From positions 35,092,001 to 35,156,000 of the forward strand of contig NC_043014.1 of assembly GCF_006345805.1 (NCBI RefSeq): a stretch of DNA of 64,000 nucleotides, written 5' to 3'. Positions 55,919-64,000 of this stretch are shown piece by piece. The notes beneath the pieces are model-generated. The model made no database searches and was not told the DNA's origin. It worked only from the letters and a program-made list of their open reading frames with translations. This DNA comes from Octopus sinensis. Its lineage: Eukaryota. The first letter of the stretch is position 1; every line of letters begins with the position of its first letter. The position numbers and the translations under genes were made by a program.

Positions 55919-55977
<59 letters not shown>

Positions 55978-55984
55978 TATATAA

Positions 55985-57250
55985 GAAGTTTGAAAACGCC
56001 ACTATATAAGATAAATTTTAATTTTCTTAGAAATTTTACATGCTTCGGTTCTTCTTGAAAAAACGAACCTTATCAAAAATATTTTAAAAAGTTAAGTGTA
56101 ATAAAAAAGTTCATAATTGTTTCTTACTGGTCTCAACAGAATCCACGTGTTGGTTTTTTGTGGGGATGAAGCATAGTAGCTGTTTTATGTGTTCGAATAA
56201 AATTATATATATATATGAGAGTTGGTTTGGGGAATTGAAAATGTATTTGTGTGTTTTTTAAAACGTGCTGTAGGTTTTAAATTTTGTAACAGATTCATTA
56301 AAATAGTAAACCGATTTCGCCAATTTTGAAAAAACATGCTAAAAAAGATCAAATGTTCATACAAATTCCAATATTCAATAAGTCTCAAAGTTCAAGTGTT
56401 CTTTGAATTTCACAACAGTCATATGATTAAAATTCAGTAACATTGGGTTGTATTAAGAATTAGAAACGACGAAGTTTTGAAAAGAGTAAGAAAAAAAGGT
56501 GGGGGAGAAAAATTTCCTTTACAATTTTTGTCGTAGTGTATGGTTTTGCTGATGAGAATTTGAATTGTTTTAAGCTAAAGTGACTTTGTATGTATAGGTT
56601 TTAAGGTGAAGATTCAAGTTCTGATTGGTTGACAATTTAATGAGGTTACTTATATTTATCCGCCTATGGTCTAGCAATTTGGCTAGCTGACTATCTGAAT
56701 ATGTCACTTGTTTTTCGGATATTCAGGTCACGTATTTTGGTTTGGCTGAAGTCTGGCGGTCTGGTTAACTTCCTGGTTGATTTTTTGTATGCGTAATTTG
56801 TTCTTGTCTGACGGTCGTCCAGCGTTCCGGTTGGTTGATTCCCTTAAGAAGTCACTGGTCTCGGTCAGTTCGGTGATTATATTATTTTATTATTTTTTTT
56901 ATTAAACTGGCCAGGCATTTTCTTTCGAGAAAATATTTTTTAAAGTTGTCTTGCAATCGTTTTTCCTGGGTTTCGGGATTGGACAAAATTACGCAAATTT
57001 TTCTTGCCAACATAAAATTAATACTGATTTTCAGTGCGCCTTGGATGGCAAGAAGAGAATAGTTTTGAGTGCTGGCTTAAAATAGATGTCGTATTCAATC
57101 TTTGCATCTCTTTTTTGATTAGGATATCCAAAAAGGGTAGTTGTTTCATTCTCTTCAAGAATGGGCTATCCGATTCATATTGTTCTTTAAATTTTGATTC
57201 ATAGTGGCTAAACCAATCAACATTTTGGTTTCATCTTTGAAGAGGAACTA
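55985..57250 (-). mobile_element. Heavily decayed Penelope-like element
   Basis: QLPFLDIL at ~57120-57145; hammerhead-like motif 56033-56080 near the (TA)n end. Confidence 0.65.
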
Positions 57251-57563
57251 CTTTATTATCACAACTTTGTTTCCTGAGTCGGATGGTGTCGTTAAAAAGT
57301 TTCCCTTCAGCCTGCTTAGAAATTTCTACAACCATCTTCTCAAACACCTCCCCCGCCACACACACACACACACACACACACACCGCCTTGAAGGGATTTG
57401 GCCAAAGAAATCGACCCACGACTTATTTCTTAAGCCTACTACTTATTCTATCGGTTTCTTTTGCCGAACCGCTAGATAACGGGGATGTAAATATACCAAT
57501 ACTGATTGTCAAGCAGTGATGGAGGGACAAAGATACACACATACATACATGCATTTATATCTA

Positions 57564-57642
<79 letters not shown>

Positions 57643-57691
57643 ATATGTTGTATGTATATATATGTATATATATGTATATGTATATATATGT

Positions 57692-57733
<42 letters not shown>

Positions 57734-57857
57734 TCAGATGGATATGGTACTTAAGTTGAAGGCACCAAAATTTAGTATGGAATTATCCATATAATTTAAA
57801 ATAAGGTGATTATAATCAAAATAAGCATTACCTCTGGATATTCTTGTTGCTTATTTG

Positions 57858-57929
<72 letters not shown>

Positions 57930-58499
57930 ATATATTATATATATATATATACATATATATACATACAGAGGTAGAGATAGTTCCGCTTATCCGCTAAATA
58001 CTAATTAGCGAAGCTACCTTTTTCTTTAGCAGATTAGCGTTTTCGTTTATCTGGGAAACCGTTAGCAAACCAATTAGCTTCCGATAAAATTAGTTCCGCT
58101 AACTTCAAGGCTCGAAACGTAAAAGACTTCCTTACCTTCCCGAGCATCAAACTAATACACTTGCTTCTTGTTTATACACCCGTCTGCGTCTTCTGTTTTT
58201 CTGTAAATTTCGACTATATAAATTTACCGTTCCGTCATTGATGAGATCAATAAATTTCTTTATTTGTTCTAAAAACGATCATCCATATTGCATATTTCCG
58301 TTTGAAGGATTACTCGGAAACACACAGCATGCTATATAAGCTTGTCAGATCATCGTGTAACTCGAATCATCGTTACGAAAAATTCCTTTTCACATTGTTT
58401 TTCTTGTTGTAAAATGATAGTGCGTTCCGACAAATGTTTTTTCAAAGCAACGACAACAAACAAATAACACAATCATTTTTATGCATGGAAATGATTTCT

Positions 58500-59720
58500 A
58501 AGCACACACACAGTTCAATATGTATATACTTATAAACATTTGAAGAGAAATACTTTAGCTAATGATTAAGAATCGTAATATCGAAACAGGGTACACTGTC
58601 TCCTATCTTTTAGTCCATCATGATTTATCTGAGCGTGAAGAACTTATCCAAAATTGTTTAATGTTTATAGCGCATCATCTCTTCGTAGAGCTCTGTGTAG
58701 GAACTGAGCTGAGTGTTAAACTATTGTAATTCTTATCTTACGTTCACGATTGATCCATGGAATTGAATAAAGAAGTTGTATTCTTAGGGATATATTCTAC
58801 TCTCACATTATCAGAAATTTCAGTTAAGCTCATTTGATGTCACGGTGCATTGTCTCAAAGGAGCAATGCTTTGTTGGAAATAACATATCCAACAAGACAA
58901 AGATGCTTGCAGACTACTTTTCGAAAAGCTCTTAGTCATCGATGCCTTCTCATTTGAATGTAAAATCTGAGGCAAATTAAAGTTTGTACAACTCTTGAAA
59001 GATGTTGGATTTTCAGAGTGATACACGAATAGAGGTTAAATTTCACATCTCTAGCAACATTTCCTCCCAGAAGAAGCGTTGGATGATATCAACTTCTGAT
59101 TTTGACTTTTCTTCTCGAGAAATAAAAGTTCAAGCAGGCATGACCTTTCAGAAAATTGGTTTCAATATTGTATATTGTTATAGTGTGTAGCCCCTTTGAC
59201 AATAATTTTCCCCCTGCTGCCCAGGATAATTTGTCAAAGTTTCTGTGTCAGCAATGGTAGCTCTACTGGGCATTTTAATGTTGTGCAACTTCAAATGCTT
59301 CTTAACCCTTTCGATACCAACCTGACTGAAACCGCCTCTGTTTTTGTAGTACATATGTCTTGTTTTTATGTTTTGAATTAAAATCTTCCACCAAACCTTA
59401 GTCACAATTTATGTTCCTAGCACTGGCTTAATGATAACCAAGTTATTTTACTAAATTCTTTGTTATATTTAAAGTAATTGAAAGAAACAAAGAGCATCTC
59501 AAAATGAATACGGTAACGAAAGAGTTAAACCTTCCAAACCAGGTTTTAGTAGTCAGAACAGACTTTTCAATAGAAGTTTCACTTTCCTTGTAGAGTAAAT
59601 CATCATACAAACTTTTGGCGTTTTTTTTTTAATTATCGTGCCCAAAACCATCGTGCACATTACTTTGAGCTCTTGAGTAAAGCTCTTTCTTTCATGTTTC
59701 TCTAGTCTAATCAGCTGAAA
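58500..59720 (-). mobile_element. Decayed pogo/Tigger-like transposase remnant
   Basis: YHSENPTSFK..LPQILHSNEKASMT resembles the Tigger DDE region. Confidence 0.55.
59306..59524. mobile_element. piggyBac-like MITE
   Basis: TTAA on both sides; 13-bp TIR ccctttcgatacc / ggtaacgaaagag with 2 mismatches. Confidence 0.8.
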
Positions 59721-59789
59721 TTAATAAAAAAAACCCCAAAAACAAAACAAGTCATAGTACCTAACAACTATGAAAAATTGATTTCGTTA

Positions 59790-60558
59790 CTTCTTCAGAG
59801 CTTTCTAGATGTCGGCTACTTACTATGAAGAAAAAGAAGAAACAACAAAAGCTGTAAAACAACTGAAATTCGAACTAAAACTGGAACAGCAACGGATCAT
59901 GATAAAATGACGGCAAGAAAATCCCCTTCATGGCAAATATATGGTGATGGAGAAGAAACAACAAATCATATTGTCTCTGACTGCCAGTCCTGGCTAAGAA
60001 GAAATATATTCCCAGACACTACAAAGTTGGGACTTATATACACTGGAAGCTATGCCAACACTATGGAATAACAACGGAAAGAGATGTTATAGGCACACGC
60101 TAGAAAAGGTCACAGAAAATGGGAAAGTAACTATATTAAGAAATTAAGACCAACAGGGCAGATATAGTTGTCAGAGATTACCAAGAAAAAAATGCTTTCT
60201 AATCGATGTATTAATACATCAGATGACAATGTTTCTCAAAAAGAAACGGAGAAACTGTCAAAATACAAAGATCAAAAAATAGAGGTAACTCGAATGTGGA
60301 ACCTAAAAATAGAAATAATTCTTATTATAATAGGTGCATTAGGTATGATAAAAAAAAAGCAGGACTAACAAGTATATATAACATACAAAAAAATAACACT
60401 ACTGGGCACCGGACACATTCTAAGTAGAACACTTCCAATACAATGAAAATAAGAGCACCACAGCACATACTCAAGGCACACAGAACTGCGCTCGGTAGTG
60501 CAGTGAAAGCACGTGATAAGAATAAGACCACTGAATAACAATAATAATAATAATAATG

Positions 60559-60616
<58 letters not shown>

Positions 60617-60627
60617 TAATAATAATA
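59790..60627 (+). mobile_element. Diverged second copy of the R4/Dong-like 3' end with (TAA)n tail
   Basis: Colinear with 42668-43720; (AAT)n from ~60533. Confidence 0.88.
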
Positions 60628-60739
60628 GGGTGCCAACGAGGCTCATATGAATGCAAAGTTCAATTCCTAATTAATTGCTTGATCCTTGAGAACTGTCATA
60701 ACAAGTGCAGAAAGCTTAGTTTTGCATGGATTAGTTATA

Positions 60740-61390
60740 AAGGCAGACGAAATGCCGCTAAGCATTTCGCCCGGCGTACTAACAATTCTGCCAGCTTGCC
60801 ACCTCATGATACTAATAATGATTTCAAATTTTGGCACAAGGCCAGCAAGTTCGTGGGATAGTGGATTACATCGACCCCAGTACTCTGGTGGTACTTAATT
60901 CATTGACCCCAAAAGGATGAAAGGTAAAGTCGACGTCAGCGGTAGTTGAACTCAAAGTAGCGATAGGAAATACCTATTTTTTTACTACCCATAAGGGGCT
61001 AAACAGAGAGGGGACAAACAAGGCAGACAAACAGATTAAGTCGATTACATCGACCCTAGTGCATAACTGGTACTTAATTAATCGACCCCGAAAGGATGAA
61101 AGGCAAAGTCGACCTCGGCGGAATTTGAACTAAGAACGTAACGGCAGACGAAATACCTATTTCTTTATTACCCACAAGGGGCTAAACACAGAGGGGACAA
61201 ACAAGGACAAACAAACGGATTAAGTCGATTACATCGACCCCAGTGCGTAACTGGTACTTATTTAATCGACCCCGAACGGATGAAAGGCAAAGTCGACCTC
61301 GGCGGAATTTGAACTCAGAACGTAGCGGCAGACGAAATACTGCTAAGCATTTTGACCGGCGTGCTAACGTTTCTGCCAGCTCGCCACCTT
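60740..61390 (-). mobile_element. SINE family B cluster (multimer) just upstream of the Ctr exon
   Basis: Repeated ~185-bp units; head ends at ~61389. Confidence 0.9.
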
Positions 61391-61453
61391 CCTCATGATA
61401 ATAACAATACTTTATTTTCGTTGCAGTTTTGACAGTTGATCCGAATAAAAAGT

Positions 61454-61516
61454 ATGAAGAATAATATGACTGGCATGGAAATGGGCGGTGGTATGAATAT
61501 GGACGGTATGAAGATG
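61454..61516 (+). CDS. SLC31A1: Copper transporter (CTR/SLC31 family), first coding exon: MKNNMTGMEMGGGMNMDGMKM
   Basis: Acceptor tttattttcgttgcag ends at 61426; an in-frame TGA lies upstream of the ATG at 61454; 21 codons with 8 Met (Mets motifs, terminal MxM); donor GTGAGT at 61517, phase 0; joins the next exon in frame. CTR1 versus CTR2 cannot be fixed from this fragment. Confidence 0.85.
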
Positions 61517-61768
61517 GTGAGTATAACAGTTTACTCCAGTGACTTTCATGTTTTATAAGACATACTTTTGTGTTTTCAAGTGATATGAGCTATAGAAAAA
61601 GATTTAACTGTGGCTGCAGCAGTTCATAAACGGTTTCGAAACCCAGTCAAAACACACCCAAGTTTACTTAATCCCTTTCCGTTTTCCAGAAAGGTACATT
61701 TTCATTATCTGCAAGCTTACAAATGACAATTTGTTTAACTAAACACTACTAATCCCTCTTTATTGCAG

Positions 61769-61832
61769 GCCTTCCATACAGGTGCCAAAGAAACCATTTT
61801 ATTTACTGGTATAAAGACAGAAAATGTAGCAG
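61769..61832 (+). CDS. SLC31A1: Copper transporter second coding exon: AFHTGAKETILFTGIKTENVA(G)
   Basis: Acceptor ccctctttattgcag, donor GTAAGT at 61833 (phase 1). The spliced MKM-AFHTG..ETILF.G resembles the start of the Ctr domain (human CTR1 [25 protein letters not shown]). No transmembrane exons found in the window. Confidence 0.88.
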
Positions 61833-62049
61833 GTAAGTCTTCTCAGCCTTTACGTTTACATTTTCTCAAAACTCAAACTTTACACGGTCTACTCATTCGT
61901 CGCGTATTACTCGATGTAACACAGAAATGGATATCCTTAGAACAAGGGAGAGATCTTTATAAATGTTTTAGCAATCAATTTTATTATACATAAGGCATTC
62001 ACGTCCTATGGAACTTAGGCCATCGATGGTATTTCTCTACTGGTTTCAA

Positions 62050-62305
62050 CTCTAGTCTGTACTCTTTTAGGTCTTGTTGATTTTGAATCGTCAATGATGC
62101 TTCTGTAACTTTTTTTTCTGCGTTGGAGCGTTGACCCTATCCTACGCAAACCCAATGTTTTTTTATCTCTGAGAAGGGTCTATATTGGTCTTTTCTTTGA
62201 CTTGTCCAGCATGGGAGGAACCAACAAGAGCTTGCGTTCCACCTGCATATCTTTCAGAGTCATTGAAACACACAAGCCACCACACCGAACGTGGACCCTG
62301 TGGTG
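62050..62305 (-). mobile_element. Probable RTE-clade LINE 5' leader remnant
   Basis: gtggtggcttgtgtgtttcaatgactctgaaagatatgc..cccatgctggacaagtcaaag resembles BovB/Rex3-type leaders as I recall them; not verified. Confidence 0.45.
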
Positions 62306-62810
62306 GAATTCTACTATATGCGATCTCGTTCTATCAACAATTCGAATTTCGCTTCAAATTTGTATGTTTGTGATCAGTGTTAGAAATCTCCGAGCAAATG
62401 GAATTCCTTTGGCTTCAATATAAATAGTTGTCTGGTCATCTGAATTGCCAAATTAAATTAAATAGGATTAGATTGAATTAGATCAAATTAAATTGAATTA
62501 AATTGCCAAATTAAATTAAAACTTATTATTTCACAGACACTTTGATTAAGGTAATTTTTCAGGCAGAATAAGCGTGACAGGTGTAAGAAAAAGCTGAATA
62601 TAACTATTATTACCGTATTCCAATTCCATTGGTCAAAAACCTGAATAATTAAAAGATCTTATCATTATCGAACAACCTCCTAAAGTTCACTCCGATGGAA
62701 GTAGTCTTAAAGAACCAATAATAAAACTGTATCTCTTTGAAAAAATAAAAATAACGTAGATCAACATGAATCAAAACAAAGAGACACCTTTCCCAACCAA
62801 ATCAAACCAA

Positions 62811-63492
62811 CAGGAGTGGCTGTGTGGTAAGTAGCTTGCTTACCAACCACATGGTTCCGGGTTCAGTCCCACTGCGTGGCATCTTGGGCAAGTGTCTTCT
62901 GCTATAGCCTCGGGCCGACCAATGCTTTGTGAGTGGATTTGGTAGACGGAAACTGAAAGAAGCCTGTCGTATATATGTATATATATATATATATCTATAT
63001 ATATATATATATATATCACTTTCACTTTGACCGACCAGTCCGTCAGGCGTCCATTTGACACTGCTGGTCACAGCACGCTGTCCACTCCTCTCTGGATCGC
63101 GCCTTTCTCATCCACGTGATCCCAATCGTCCTCTTGAAATCGTCACTCCACCGTCGTGGAGGTCTTCCGGGTGTTCTTTTCCGCTCACGCGGGTACCACT
63201 CGACAACTGCGTGCGTCCACCGATTATCGGTGAGCCGGGCGACGTGTCCAGCCCATCTATATATATATGTATGTGTGTGTATATGTTTGTGTTTCTGTGT
63301 TTGTCCCTCTAGCATTGTTTGCAACCGATGCTGGTGCATTTACGTCACTTAGCGGTTCGGCAAAAGAGACCGATAGAATAAGTACTGGGCTTACAAAGAA
63401 TAAGTCCCGGGGTCGAGTTGCTCGACGACTAAAGGCGGTGCTCCGGCATGGCCGCAGTCAAATGACTGAAACAAGTAAAAGAGTAAAAGAGT
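62811..63492 (+). mobile_element. SINE family A carrying a nested LINE fragment
   Basis: Head at 62811, tail ending ~63492. Another partial A copy at ~63920-64000. Confidence 0.9.
63018..63256 (-). mobile_element. RTE-clade LINE 3' end inserted in the SINE's (TA)n
   Basis: RWAGHVAR..NRWT..WYPR..GRPPRRWSDD..REEW, stop codon and (aaagtg) tail. Confidence 0.9.
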
Positions 63493-64000
63493 GTAAAATT
63501 TCAAATGGTTTCTACTTTTCTATTTTCTTTTTTTCTTTCTTTTGTATTGCTCTCCACAAATAATACCGTTTCGAATGTCATGTGTAGCGCTTATATTGCA
63601 TCCTCTTGTCTTCGTTCATGTAAACCGAAACCGTTGCTACTGAATTATCTGGTTTACATAGCGGATATCTTGCTTTGTCATACATGTGAGTTCGGATAAA
63701 TTTCGTTAGAATGGAACTGACGACAACGCGTCATTTAGTTCATGACCTGAACCCGTTCTAGTACGCCAAACGAACAAAAAGTCCACCGTCATGATTACCC
63801 TTCAGCACATTCACGCATGCGCACACACACAACACACACATACAGACACATACATATATACACATAAGTACATGCACATATACATATACATATGCATACA
63901 TGCTATAGTCCCGGGCATATATGCTATAGCCCCGGGCCGACCAATGCCTTGTGAGTGGATTTGGTAGACGGAAACTGAAGAAGCCTGTCGTATATATGTA

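Overview
AT-rich, repeat-dense eukaryotic DNA. The SINE families and microsatellite load suggest an octopus (inference). The only host gene I can support is at the right end: the first two coding exons of a CTR/SLC31 copper transporter on the + strand (61454-61516, 61769-61832), continuing past the window. The rest is nested mobile DNA: two tRNA-derived SINE families, R4/Dong-like and RTE LINE fragments, Penelope-like (RT + GIY-YIG) retroelements and their termini in (TA)n, Helitrons, hAT, maT (DD37D), mariner, pogo, Merlin-like and piggyBac-like MITEs, a ~1.1 kb x4 tandem array and a 28-bp minisatellite. Most notable: (1) A-depleted GC islands in a Penelope-like 3' region that look like fixed A-to-G (ADAR-type) hyper-editing; (2) about nine minimal hammerhead-ribozyme-like motifs, several with core variants; (3) SINE multimers inside single target-site duplications (TSDs), one with an ~84-bp flanking duplication. 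All calls were made by eye; no searches or folding programs were run, and repeat boundaries are approximate.
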